IMG/VR virus record: IMGVR_UViG_3300028284_000003
Location: 1 to 64,000 of that record
Length of the DNA: 64,000 bases
From: a virus
Lineage: Duplodnaviria > Caudoviricetes
Strand: one strand, 5' to 3'
The notes beneath the pieces are model-generated. The model saw nothing but the letters and a program-made list of their open reading frames with translations, was not told the origin of the DNA and ran no database searches. A program made the position numbers and the translations under genes. Shown here piece after piece: positions 17,875 to 27,139 of the stretch (positions are counted from its first letter, which is position 1; each line of letters begins with the position of its first letter).

Positions 17875-18417
17875 TTATTTATAAATTTTACTATTTCTCC
17901 AATGACGAAACTGTTTTTCTATTTCGTCATCTATTTTTTTATGTTCTATATTTATCTTTGGATTTGTTTCAACTTTAGGCATAAATTCTTTCATTATTCT
18001 CTTAAGTTTTTGATATTGTAGGCTTGAAATTTCAAAATCTTTCTTTGCCTTTTCAAGAGTCGAATCAACTCGATCCCAATCTTCTAACTCTACCCACAGC
18101 ATACACTTTTCACCAACCTTATTAAAATTAGCTTCACTACCTATCTGGGTTAATGAACATCCCTTGTCTATTTTTGTCTTGTATTTTGGCTGTGAGCCGC
18201 TTCTCATACCTCGTAAGGTACCGAAACCTACACGTTGTGATAGTTTATTAATCTTAACTGCATCCTCTTGAGGCATGATTTGGATAGTGTTGCCTGTTTT
18301 GTGATAGACAATATCAACACAACCATATCGTTCTACATCCGAGCAATCAACACAAACTTTATAGCCAAGATCTACTCTGCCTTGTGGTATTTCTTTTTTA
18401 CAACTCTTACAGTTCAT
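17875..18417 (-). CDS. Protein with N-terminal DksA/TraR-like C4 zinc finger
   Basis: CKSCKKEIPQGRVDLGYKVCVDCS. Confidence 0.6.
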   Translation of the reverse strand: MNCKSCKKEIPQGRVDLGYKVCVDCSDVERYGCVDIVYHKTGNTIQIMPQEDAVKINKLSQRVGFGTLRGMRSGSQPKYKTKIDKGCSLTQIGSEANFNKVGEKCMLWVELEDWDRVDSTLEKAKKDFEISSLQYQKLKRIMKEFMPKVETNPKINIEHKKIDDEIEKQFRHWRNSKIYK

Positions 18418-18418
18418 A

Positions 18419-18676
18419 TTAAAATTTAATTACAATGCCTAAAGTAAAAGCACTTAATCCAACTACTTGTAAAAGTTGATTAGGGCCAATTCCAATTCCA
18501 GGACCTTCAAATTTATGAGAACTATTCATTTCTCTCTGATGTAAAATAAGACCAGTTGTAAACATTCCTAAACCCATACATGTTAAAGCGACTTTATTCT
18601 TTGACGCTTCAGTTCCTTTAGCAAATGTAGGCATTGATAATAAAACTGCAATTGCTATTATAATTATTTTTTTCAT
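18419..18676 (-). CDS. Secreted/membrane protein
   Basis: Signal peptide ending TFA, two hydrophobic segments, C-terminal Phe. Confidence 0.6.
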   Translation of the reverse strand: MKKIIIIAIAVLLSMPTFAKGTEASKNKVALTCMGLGMFTTGLILHQREMNSSHKFEGPGIGIGPNQLLQVVGLSAFTLGIVIKF

Positions 18677-18691
18677 ATTTTAAGCTTTAAT

Positions 18692-18766
18692 TTATAGTAC
18701 TAATATAAACAAAAAAAGCGACCCGTGAAAATCCAGGGCCGCTTTTTTTCAAAAGTTATTAACAAT
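18692..18766 (-). promoter_or_regulatory. Early-type promoter repeat E2 with built-in stem-loop
   Basis: AAAAAAAGCGACCC...GGGCCGCTTTTTTT hairpin inside the repeat. Confidence 0.75.
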
Positions 18767-19146
18767 TTTATTTTTTTTCTAATACTTCGTCGTTGCTTTT
18801 ATTTATTCTATAAGCATTTCTATGTTCACTCCATAAATACCCACACAACGTTCCGCATATGAATGATAATAATATTAATACCTCTAACGTGTATTTTATT
18901 TCTTCAGAAAGTTGCATCGTCTCGAACATATTTTTTAATTTCAAGAGTTATATATCATTACTTATTTTTGTTTTTATTTTTTCTAACTTTTCCTTTCTTT
19001 TTATTTCTTATTGCAATTTTTCTAAGCACTTTAAACTTTCCATGCTTATATAATTCACTAATAGTAGGCCATGCCCATAATAAAATAATTGCAATAATAA
19101 ATATCCAATCTAATAATCTCATAATTTCATAATTTTTAATATTGTT

Positions 19147-19269
19147 GAGGTGTCCTATAACTTGACCGGCAGTCTTGTGAACGAGAAAGGATTCGAACCT
19201 TTGACCGATAGCTTAGAAGGCTATTGCTCTATCCAACTGAGCTACTCGTCCGTGAGTATAGGACACCTC
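19147..19269. repeat. Perfect 13 bp inverted repeat enclosing tRNA-Arg
   Basis: GAGGTGTCCTATA (19147-19159) and TATAGGACACCTC (19257-19269). Confidence 0.85.
19178..19251 (-). tRNA. tRNA-Arg(UCU)
   Basis: ATAGC-CTTCTAA-GCTAT anticodon arm; no CCA. Confidence 0.95.
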
Positions 19270-19294
19270 GGGGTTTGTGCTTCCTTGGTCTATA

Positions 19295-19320
19295 TTATAT
19301 GAAAGTAAATGATTTTGTTT
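19295..19320 (-). promoter_or_regulatory. AAAC-N16-ATATAA promoter (tRNA-Arg)
   Basis: Exact TTATAT-N16-GTTT. Confidence 0.65.
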
Positions 19321-19864
19321 ATCTAAATCGATAATAAACTGACAGATTTGTTAAGTTTAATATAGTTTGATAGTTTAATGCAACATCAATCCATTTTCTT
19401 TCAAACATTAAACTAAAGTTCATTCCTACCATGTACATTGTAATACTAACACCTGGTGTATATTGTTGATAATTTACATATCCACGTTGTCTAACAAATT
19501 CGGTATTGCTTTTCTTTAATATGATTCTATTATAACCTCCTCCTGCAAGTGTACTTAAATAAATCTTATTTGTTTTACCTTTATTTAATTTAAACTTTGG
19601 CCCTACAAATAAGTTAACTGAATGAAATGGAAAAGATCTAGAAGTTATTTTGTTTCTCATATCGGCATATGAATATTGTAACTTACTTTCCATATCTGCT
19701 GAATTTTCAAGAAATATTGTATTATTTATTTCTCCTGAGATTCCAATATCAGGTGTACATAGGTTTGAAACGACACCTACTCCTATTCTAAATTCAGCAG
19801 GTTGTGCAATTAATAATGTTTTAATAAAAAAACAAAATACTGTTATAATAGTTTTATAATACAT
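19319..19864 (-). CDS. Outer-membrane beta-barrel-like protein
   Basis: True start is MYYKTII, since the ORF-track start lies inside tRNA-Leu. Signal peptide, alternating beta strands, C-terminal SVYYRFR. Confidence 0.55.
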   Translation of the reverse strand: MYYKTIITVFCFFIKTLLIAQPAEFRIGVGVVSNLCTPDIGISGEINNTIFLENSADMESKLQYSYADMRNKITSRSFPFHSVNLFVGPKFKLNKGKTNKIYLSTLAGGGYNRIILKKSNTEFVRQRGYVNYQQYTPGVSITMYMVGMNFSLMFERKWIDVALNYQTILNLTNLSVYYRFR

Positions 19865-19875
19865 TTTATTTATAG

Positions 19876-19959
19876 TACCCAGGGCGGGACTTGAACCCGC
19901 ACGAACAAATGTCCACAAGATTTTAAGTCTTGCGTGTCTACCAATTCCACCACCTAGGC
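19876..19959 (-). tRNA. tRNA-Leu(UAA)
   Basis: CAAGA-CTTAAAA-TCTTG anticodon arm, long variable arm; no CCA. Confidence 0.95.
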
Positions 19960-19967
19960 ATTTATAA

Positions 19968-19993
19968 TTATATCTATAAATCCCAAAATGTTT
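19968..19993 (-). promoter_or_regulatory. AAAC-N16-ATATAA promoter (tRNA-Leu)
   Basis: Exact TTATAT-N16-GTTT. Confidence 0.65.
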
Positions 19994-20050
19994 TTCTTTT
20001 CTTAGAAAAACTTTCTTTAATTTTTAAGATTATTTTAATTAGCCAATCCC

Positions 20051-20284
20051 TCAACTTTTTCTTTTTGGAGTTCTCTTCTTACCTTTTTTACCTCTATTAA
20101 TTTTATTCTTGTTACTTAAATCCTTATGATAGAGTCTTGTTAATTTCTTTTCAAATTCAGCATCAATGTCATCTCCTTTTTCGAAATGAACTACTTCTTT
20201 CTTTTCATTATAATAAGAAACTATTGAACTTCCCAATAAAGAATTAATAGAATAATATTTAGTTTGTTTTTTCCAGTCTTTCAT
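20051..20284 (-). CDS. Hypothetical basic protein
   Basis: 77 aa with Lys-rich tail. Confidence 0.55.
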   Translation of the reverse strand: MKDWKKQTKYYSINSLLGSSIVSYYNEKKEVVHFEKGDDIDAEFEKKLTRLYHKDLSNKNKINRGKKGKKRTPKRKS

Positions 20285-20520
20285 TAGTTTAATTTACATA
20301 ATATTCGATCCTTATTTATACAAGGATAATGCCATATCTTTTTTTTGTTTCCATAATATTCAGCTTTAGATATTGTATAAGTTGGATGGTCGTAGTTATA
20401 TGTATCTAACCCAGTTTTTTCATAAGTTAGTTTTGTAACTTCTCCAACCTTTACATCTCCGTCAAAAAATTTAAATTCTAATTTATCTTTTAAATTATAT
20501 TTATGCTTTTTCTTCTTCAT
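20284..20520 (-). CDS. Hypothetical protein (SH3-like beta fold possible)
   Basis: 78 aa, translationally coupled. Confidence 0.55.
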   Translation of the reverse strand: MKKKKHKYNLKDKLEFKFFDGDVKVGEVTKLTYEKTGLDTYNYDHPTYTISKAEYYGNKKKIWHYPCINKDRILCKLN

Positions 20521-20610
20521 CTTTTATTAATATTTTAGGAACATCTTTCATAAAAGGTCTTTTATAAACTGTTTTACCTCCATCTGGAGATTCGTATATC
20601 CAAGTTTCTT

Positions 20611-21165
20611 TCATTTTTTTATTCTTATTGTAATATCATGTGGAGCAGTTTCATCTCCTCCGAAATAAGGGTACAATACATATCTTTTATATTCCATAAA
20701 ACAAGGTCTATTCATTTCTACACATGTTCCATCAACACACATATCGTACTTACTATCTATTATATTCATTGTCATATAAATTGTTTCATTTAAAGGAACA
20801 CAACTTATTTTCTTATAACTAAACTCTCCTAACATTCTACGATATGCAAATATTTCTAAACAATTTAATGCTGGACTCCATCTCCAACCAAATCTAATTG
20901 AACTTGTACTATGATGATCTCCGCAATCACTAACTCCCCATAGTTTATTAATATCCCATTGATTGTTAGGGTCTACTGTTTCATAGACTGCGGAACTGTC
21001 AAAAATAACTTGTAAATTAAATGTGGTATCGTAAGTAGTTTGTCTTGATGTTGTAGAACGATGTTTGCCTTCTTTAATTTTAAAAACTCTAAACCCATTG
21101 TCATCTATTTTCTTACATGAAAATAAAATTAATAATAATGAAAATACGTAAACTAATTGTTTCAC
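20611..21165 (-). CDS. Lipoprotein of unknown function
   Basis: LFSC lipobox; DINKLWG, SIRFGWRW and LYPYFGG motifs. Confidence 0.65.
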   Translation of the reverse strand: MKQLVYVFSLLLILFSCKKIDDNGFRVFKIKEGKHRSTTSRQTTYDTTFNLQVIFDSSAVYETVDPNNQWDINKLWGVSDCGDHHSTSSIRFGWRWSPALNCLEIFAYRRMLGEFSYKKISCVPLNETIYMTMNIIDSKYDMCVDGTCVEMNRPCFMEYKRYVLYPYFGGDETAPHDITIRIKK

Positions 21166-21824
21166 TTTTTATCTTTTAATAAGTCTTCTCTACCTAATTG
21201 CTTGTATACTTCAAGTCTAGTCTTTTCCATTTTTTCAGCATACCTAGGATCATCCTTTCTGTTAAAAACGACTTGCTGTGTTAATGAACCACTAATCTTT
21301 TTAAGATCCATATTAAGTTCTTTACTAATTTTCTTTAGATCTTTATTGTTATCATAACGTACGCTAACAAAATGAGGACCTGAATCTAGCATTTTACCAG
21401 GAACATATTTATTTTCATAATCAAATCTAACAAACTTATCACCTCTTCTGGTTTTATCATAAGTTATATCTAATATAGTATGTGGATTTGATAGGTGTTC
21501 CTTTGCATTGTCTAAATCATCCATATCTACAGATTCTAATAGATCTTCTCTGTCTAATTGCTTGTATACTTCAAGTCTAGTCTTTTCCATTTTTTCAGCA
21601 TACCTAGGATCATCCTTTCTGTTAAAAACGACTTGCTGTGTTAATGAACCACTAATCTTTTTAAGATCTTTATTTCTTGTTTTAATTAGCCAAGCTGCAA
21701 GATCTTTTATACTTAAATCTTTAAATCTGCCTTCAGCGTCTGGTGCATCACTATGATGAAAATCAGGAGCTCCTTTAGGCTTTTTTTCAACTATGAATTC
21801 TTCAAATAATCTTAAATATTTCAT
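21162..21824 (-). CDS. Putative internal head protein with internal duplication
   Basis: MKYLRLFEEFIVE leader; 38 aa repeat. Confidence 0.65.
   Translation of the reverse strand: MKYLRLFEEFIVEKKPKGAPDFHHSDAPDAEGRFKDLSIKDLAAWLIKTRNKDLKKISGSLTQQVVFNRKDDPRYAEKMEKTRLEVYKQLDREDLLESVDMDDLDNAKEHLSNPHTILDITYDKTRRGDKFVRFDYENKYVPGKMLDSGPHFVSVRYDNNKDLKKISKELNMDLKKISGSLTQQVVFNRKDDPRYAEKMEKTRLEVYKQLGREDLLKDKK
21194..21668. repeat. 115 bp exact direct repeat (21194-21308 and 21554-21668)
   Basis: Identical sequence offset by exactly 360 bp, in frame. Confidence 0.9.
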
Positions 21825-22072
21825 AAAATAGTTCTTTGTAACTTTGTTATCCTAATGTCTAATTCTAATAGTTCTCTTTTTGCAGCAAGTTTTTGTAAGT
21901 TTAAGATTATTAATTCTTGTTTTACTGGATCCATTTCAGAGTTAGCCTTAGATTTAGTTTCATCTATTTTTTCTTCAACTTCCTTTAACTTAACTTTAAT
22001 TTCCTTTATTTTAAAGTTTAATTCTGCCTTTTTACCTTCGTTTATCAGATTAAATGATTTTAAATGTTTCAT
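21821..22072 (-). CDS. Putative internal head protein, coiled coil
   Basis: MKHLKSFNLINE leader. Confidence 0.6.
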   Translation of the reverse strand: MKHLKSFNLINEGKKAELNFKIKEIKVKLKEVEEKIDETKSKANSEMDPVKQELIILNLQKLAAKRELLELDIRITKLQRTIL

Positions 22073-22656
22073 TTTAATTCTACCTTTATTTCTTTGTCTA
22101 ATTTCTTAATTTCCCTTTTATCCTTTTTCTGCATTTTAGAAAGTATAGACTTTATTTCAGAATCTGCTATCTTCATTATCGCCTCAGTTGACTTAGCCCT
22201 AGACTCTAGTTTTACCTTTGATACATATTTCTTTAATGTTTCATTTTCTTCACCAATATCATCCATTGCTCTGATAATATCTCCTTCTTCGTTTTTTAGT
22301 TGATTTTTTTGTAAATCAGTTATTTCCTTTCCTCTATTACTTCTTTCTTTATTTCTTTTAGAAAAACGCGAATCTGAATATCCACTATCTTTATCCTCTA
22401 GTTCATTTTCAAATTCTTCAATCTTATTATCTTTGATATTTAATTTTGCAATTTCTACTCTGACTTTAAATAACCTTTCTGAATAATTTCTTAATGCTCT
22501 TTTTTTCTTAGGATTTAAAAATAAGCCCTTTATGAATGAAAAAATACCTTCACTTAACATTTCCTCAATTTCTTCTTTAGATACTTTTCCTTCTAATATA
22601 GAATAAGTGTCTTCTACTAATTCTTTGTCTTGTATAAATTCTTCGAAAAGCTTCAC
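22069..22656 (-). CDS. Putative internal head protein, coiled coil
   Basis: MKLFEEF leader (GTG start); LVE, ILE and LSE sites. Confidence 0.55.
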   Translation of the reverse strand: MKLFEEFIQDKELVEDTYSILEGKVSKEEIEEMLSEGIFSFIKGLFLNPKKKRALRNYSERLFKVRVEIAKLNIKDNKIEEFENELEDKDSGYSDSRFSKRNKERSNRGKEITDLQKNQLKNEEGDIIRAMDDIGEENETLKKYVSKVKLESRAKSTEAIMKIADSEIKSILSKMQKKDKREIKKLDKEIKVELK

Positions 22657-22660
22657 TATT

Positions 22661-23008
22661 TTAAAATTTTATTTTTAAGGAAAGAGGAGTTGTACCTTTA
22701 ATTAATCTATGATACTCTCCTTTTTTTATTTTAATTATTTTATTTATCTCTAATTTTTGAGGGATTTTATTATCGAATTGAAATTTCCAATTATTTTCAT
22801 TAATAACTTCTATGATTCTTTCTTGAGGATCTTGATGCCATTTAAAAAGATGATCATCTGCAGTTGGATCAAAATGTCTAATAACTGTATTTTTATCTAA
22901 GAATTCTTCTGTAAAAGGCCTACGCTGGTCTTCCAGCATATCAACCATCTTGTTAAATCCATTTTGACCGCATCCGCAGTCACCATTTAATTCTGTAACG
23001 TCTATCAT
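22661..23008 (-). CDS. Cupin-like protein
   Basis: KWHQD..RII, W.FQFDN..P and YHRLIKG. Confidence 0.6.
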   Translation of the reverse strand: MIDVTELNGDCGCGQNGFNKMVDMLEDQRRPFTEEFLDKNTVIRHFDPTADDHLFKWHQDPQERIIEVINENNWKFQFDNKIPQKLEINKIIKIKKGEYHRLIKGTTPLSLKIKF

Positions 23009-23105
23009 TTTTTATTTCTATTTCTATTAGCATTTGCTCTTCGCTCGTGAGATATTGCTTTAAAATCTTTTAACATGCTTGAATATTTACTAAGGTCGAT
23101 TTTAA

Positions 23106-23645
23106 TTACCATGGCTGGTCACTTTTTAAACCAATTTGCTTAGAGAATAATACGCTAGAATAACATGCCCAAAAGCCAGCTTTATCAGGATTCATCTTTT
23201 CTTTTTTATCACAACCATGTCTTGCCCAAAAACTAGCAGCTCTTTTAGGATCATCATTCTTTACTGTAGTAGATGGATCTCCCCATTGTATTATTTTAGC
23301 AATTATATTTCCTTCTTTATCTTTACGTCCACTATTTCTATATACTTTAAATTTAGCTTTTCCTCCTCTTTCTGGAGAATCAAGCTTTACATTAATTTGA
23401 TTTCCACCTCTTGGTTTATAAACTGCTTTTTTACCAACTTCAAGATTTTTAGCCATCCAACCACTTGGGCCTTTAAGAATTACATTACCTTTATCCCAAT
23501 ATTGTTTAACTTCTTCAAACAATTCTGTATAAGCATCGCTGCCTAATCTAAAGAACGAATTAGTCAAGTCTAGACCTTCTTCTACGTGTAGTTTAAGTGC
23601 CTCTGAGACACTATTATAATCTTTGAATGATTTTACGAACTTCAT
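23106..23645 (-). CDS. Putative internal head protein (SFWARH.C / FWAC family of T4-like phages)
   Basis: Likely start MKFVKSFKDYNSVSE; WGDP..RAASFWARHGC..AGFWAC. Confidence 0.6.
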   Translation of the reverse strand: MKFVKSFKDYNSVSEALKLHVEEGLDLTNSFFRLGSDAYTELFEEVKQYWDKGNVILKGPSGWMAKNLEVGKKAVYKPRGGNQINVKLDSPERGGKAKFKVYRNSGRKDKEGNIIAKIIQWGDPSTTVKNDDPKRAASFWARHGCDKKEKMNPDKAGFWACYSSVLFSKQIGLKSDQPW

Positions 23646-23655
23646 AATTTTTAAT

Positions 23656-23976
23656 TTAATAAGACATCCAACTTCCAAATGACAAAGATCCTTTTAACAT
23701 AAGTGTAATAAAATCTTTAACGTCTGTGATTTTTTCATCCCAGTCCTTTGTTGTTTTACCAGTTTCAACTGCAACATATTCACCGTCCCAATACCAATGA
23801 TTTATTTCATTTTTACCAAATGGATCTGGGCCATCTAAAACTTCTATCCAATCACCGCTTACCTTTATTTCACCTGAATCTATTTTTTTTTCTATTTCAG
23901 AAACTTCTTTTTTTAAATTTTCATTTAAAATGTTTTCACAAAACTGTTCAAATAATTTAATTTTTTTCATAGTCAT
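23656..23976 (-). CDS. Putative internal head protein
   Basis: MKKIKLFEQF..ILNE leader. Confidence 0.6.
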   Translation of the reverse strand: MTMKKIKLFEQFCENILNENLKKEVSEIEKKIDSGEIKVSGDWIEVLDGPDPFGKNEINHWYWDGEYVAVETGKTTKDWDEKITDVKDFITLMLKGSLSFGSWMSY

Positions 23977-25850
23977 TAAAGTTTTTTATCATGTCCACCG
24001 TCTCTAACTTTCTTAGCTATATCTGAGTCAGCTCCGCCCCATGTACCGTCTTGCTTTGTTAAGAATGAATTAACCCTTGCATAACCCCATTGAGCTTGAG
24101 TTGCTCCTGGTCTGTGACCACTTTTCCAAGCAGCCAAGCCTCTTTTCATAATAATTCTAAGTAAGCCAACTGGAACACCTGATTCCTTTGCTTTATTCTT
24201 AATACCTGTTTCCATGCCATCATCGCCCATTGGACTTTGATCGTTAGTTTGATCTTTCTTTTCATTAACGGATTCTGCCATGGCCTCAATATCCCACTGA
24301 ATTCTTTGTAGTGGATCATCTCCTCTATTATTTCTTTTTACCCAGTCAATAAGTCCAAGCTCGTTGTTTGCATTTTGTGCCATATCAGCAGCATGTTTCC
24401 AGCCATCATTTGATGCAACATCTTCAATCCATTGATCATATTTTCTTTGATTCCATTTTACTTTAGGTCTTGCTGATTTATGTGGGCCATCTCCTAATGT
24501 AGAAGTAGCAGCATCATAAGAACCTGGAAGAAATACGCCAACTTCTTTACCATTGCCATATTTAATAGTTTTTCTAAATCTTCTTAATTCATACTCAGCA
24601 TCTTCAATCTTTTCTCTGCTTGTCATTCCACCTAGTCTATAACCATATGCTAGTTTCATTTTTTCAAGTTCATCAGTATCTGTTTGAAAATGCATGTCTT
24701 TAACTTCAATGTCAGTATAATCTCTGCTTCTACCATATCTACGATCTAACATTTTATCATAATCTTCATTTAATGATTCGTGCATTTCCATTCCCATGTC
24801 AATCCATACTCTAAGAATATCTGCATAATCCTTTGGGCTTAAGCCATTCTTTTCTCCATAAGTAGTTTTACTTGTGAGGTCATGCATTTCTTTTGCTACC
24901 TTGTCAATATTACCTTCTTTAAATGTAACAGTTGCTCTTTCTTTTCCAGCATCTAAAAGTCTAAAAGTTTCTCCTCTATCATCATGTGGATCAGTACTCC
25001 AACCTGCTGAATTATTAACGTTAATATCAAAACTTGCTTGACCTGAACTCATATAAACTGTCCAATCCTTTCCTGTTTGATATGTTTTACCTTTTTTACG
25101 TGCTATCTTAGCTTCACTCACGGTTTCAACAAGTTTAACATCTTCAGCTGGATAATAATCTTCTGTACTACCATCAAATCTAATTAATTGATGCTTTTTA
25201 CCTTTAATCTTTTTATCTTTACCTTTAACTAATTCACCAGTGCCATAAAGTTCTCCATCTTTATAAACATGAACTAATTCAACAGCTTCATCTACACTAA
25301 CTCCTCTCTTCTTTAAAATCTTTTCAATTTCTTGATAGGCTTGCTTGTATTTAGATTTTGGATGTTCAAACCCTCTTTGATAATTAGCATAACCGTCAAG
25401 TGCAGCATCATACATATCTTTTAACTCCTCATCTGACATTTTATTATTAAATACAAAAGGTCCGATAAATGCTTCACTTAAAAATTCATCAATTGTCTTT
25501 AGTTTAGTATTTAATTTTGTGTTTTTAATATCTTCTATTCTCTGTGTTTCTTTTGTAGCTTTCATATCATCTATAAAAGAGTCTAATTCTTGTAGATTTT
25601 TCATTTCGTTCTTTTTGAATTTTTTGTGATATGCTGTAGTGAATTTTGACTTTTTAACTTTACCTTCTTTTCTGGCTTTTTTATCTCCTGGCATTTCTTT
25701 ATAGGCACTTGGATCATCATCATCCATTGCACCTTGCTTTTTCATTTGGTCTTCTTTCTCTTCCTCGTCTTTATCACTAAGACCAGTCATATAACCATCA
25801 GGGCCAGGTTTTTTCTCTAAAAATATGTCAAATTCTTTTAATTTTTTCAT
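23976..25850 (-). CDS. Modular internal-head polyprotein with DUF5824-like C-terminus
   Basis: Leader MKKLKEFDIFLE. Internal MKNLQELDSF and LKTIDEFLSE. VDE, VSE, LNE and VNE junctions. C-terminal RGLAAWKSGHRPGATQAQWGYARVNSF. Confidence 0.65.
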   Translation of the reverse strand: MKKLKEFDIFLEKKPGPDGYMTGLSDKDEEEKEDQMKKQGAMDDDDPSAYKEMPGDKKARKEGKVKKSKFTTAYHKKFKKNEMKNLQELDSFIDDMKATKETQRIEDIKNTKLNTKLKTIDEFLSEAFIGPFVFNNKMSDEELKDMYDAALDGYANYQRGFEHPKSKYKQAYQEIEKILKKRGVSVDEAVELVHVYKDGELYGTGELVKGKDKKIKGKKHQLIRFDGSTEDYYPAEDVKLVETVSEAKIARKKGKTYQTGKDWTVYMSSGQASFDINVNNSAGWSTDPHDDRGETFRLLDAGKERATVTFKEGNIDKVAKEMHDLTSKTTYGEKNGLSPKDYADILRVWIDMGMEMHESLNEDYDKMLDRRYGRSRDYTDIEVKDMHFQTDTDELEKMKLAYGYRLGGMTSREKIEDAEYELRRFRKTIKYGNGKEVGVFLPGSYDAATSTLGDGPHKSARPKVKWNQRKYDQWIEDVASNDGWKHAADMAQNANNELGLIDWVKRNNRGDDPLQRIQWDIEAMAESVNEKKDQTNDQSPMGDDGMETGIKNKAKESGVPVGLLRIIMKRGLAAWKSGHRPGATQAQWGYARVNSFLTKQDGTWGGADSDIAKKVRDGGHDKKL

Positions 25851-25869
25851 AATATTAATATATATCACT

Positions 25870-26076
25870 TTATTGATGTACTAAAAAACTAGCACTATGT
25901 ACTTGTTCTATATATTCTAGTTTATTTTTATTAAACCAATCAACGACAATCTCTTTCATCTTAATTGAATTACCTGTGATTATTTCTGCATTTTTAATAT
26001 TTTTCCAGAAAAGTGCCTCTGCTAATACTGCTTCTACCTCACCATGTCTAATCCCATGTAAGTCTATCTTTGTCAT
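25870..26076 (-). CDS. Stand-alone Smr-domain-like protein
   Basis: KIDLHG..IITGNS. Confidence 0.65.
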   Translation of the reverse strand: MTKIDLHGIRHGEVEAVLAEALFWKNIKNAEIITGNSIKMKEIVVDWFNKNKLEYIEQVHSASFLVHQ

Positions 26077-27139
26077 TTTCCTCATACCAATTTGACTTAT
26101 TAACATTATATAGATAGTCTATCCATTTGTTTATTAATGATTCTGCTGTAAACCTTTCACCATGTTTTCTACAATCATGTGGAGAAATTGTGTCTATTTT
26201 ATTTATGGCCTCTACAAAGTCTGCAAAATACTGACATCTAAATCCAGTTTTACCATTTATTACATTATCAGTATAGCCTCCCCAATCGGTTGTAATGATA
26301 GGTGTGCCTGAAAGTGCAGCCTCTGTGGCTGTTAAACCAAAGGGCTCTACGTAATATGTTGGGGTGATCATTGCCTTGGAGTTGGCAACATATTTCTTTC
26401 TGCTTTCTAAATCTAAATAACCTACAAATTCAACATTATCAAATTCTATCTTTGGAGGTTTACCTTGGCCTGCAAGTATAAATCTTTTATTTGGAAAATG
26501 TGCAGCTAAATCAAAGAATATTGGTAGGCCTTTATCACTATTTAATCTTGACATAAAAAGGAAATAGTCTTCCTTTTCTTCTTTAAATTCAAAGTCATTA
26601 ATACTATTTGATATTGGGGCAATTACGGTATCATTCCAAATGTTTTTTGCAAAATCCTTTTCTCTGCCGTAATGATAGTGTCTCCAACTATGTGAAGTAA
26701 ACACACTCCAATCAGCACCATTAGGCCATACGTCATGTCCAACATGTGCATCTATTATTTTTACTCCTCTTGCTTTTAAGTCTCCTAGGTGTTTTATATA
26801 TGTACTCCACATGACTAAAAGTATATCGCCTTCTTTACAGTTTTCTAAGAGTAATTCCTTTGTCTTATTTATAAATTCTAATTCGTTTTCTGGATTGTCG
26901 CGCCAAACGCCTAAATCTCTTCTAGTACTTTCTGAAGATTTTTCAAATGCTTTAAAACTGGCTACGTTGTATTTTTCAAAGCATTCTACAGTAGACTCTT
27001 CGAAGCCATAATATTTTACATGAAACCCCTTTCGGTATAATTGAGTTGTTAAGTGATAGGCTGCTCTTGCAAATGCATCTCCTGTAACTTCATTACATGA
27101 TGGATTTCGATGTGTGCCTATAATGTGAATGTTATTCAT
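26048..27139 (-). CDS. Glycosyltransferase family 4 (GT-B)
   Basis: FMSRLNSDKG and EPFGLTATEAALSGTPII.TD.GG motifs. Confidence 0.9.
   Translation of the reverse strand: MNNIHIIGTHRNPSCNEVTGDAFARAAYHLTTQLYRKGFHVKYYGFEESTVECFEKYNVASFKAFEKSSESTRRDLGVWRDNPENELEFINKTKELLLENCKEGDILLVMWSTYIKHLGDLKARGVKIIDAHVGHDVWPNGADWSVFTSHSWRHYHYGREKDFAKNIWNDTVIAPISNSINDFEFKEEKEDYFLFMSRLNSDKGLPIFFDLAAHFPNKRFILAGQGKPPKIEFDNVEFVGYLDLESRKKYVANSKAMITPTYYVEPFGLTATEAALSGTPIITTDWGGYTDNVINGKTGFRCQYFADFVEAINKIDTISPHDCRKHGERFTAESLINKWIDYLYNVNKSNWYEENDKDRLTWD

Noticed and set aside
19865-19918. N-terminal 18 aa of ORF 19319..19918
   Set aside because: Overlaps tRNA-Leu; the real start is ATG at 19864
21194-21668. Diversity-generating retroelement TR/VR pair
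   Set aside because: Copies are identical with no adenine-specific variation, and there is no reverse transcriptase in the window
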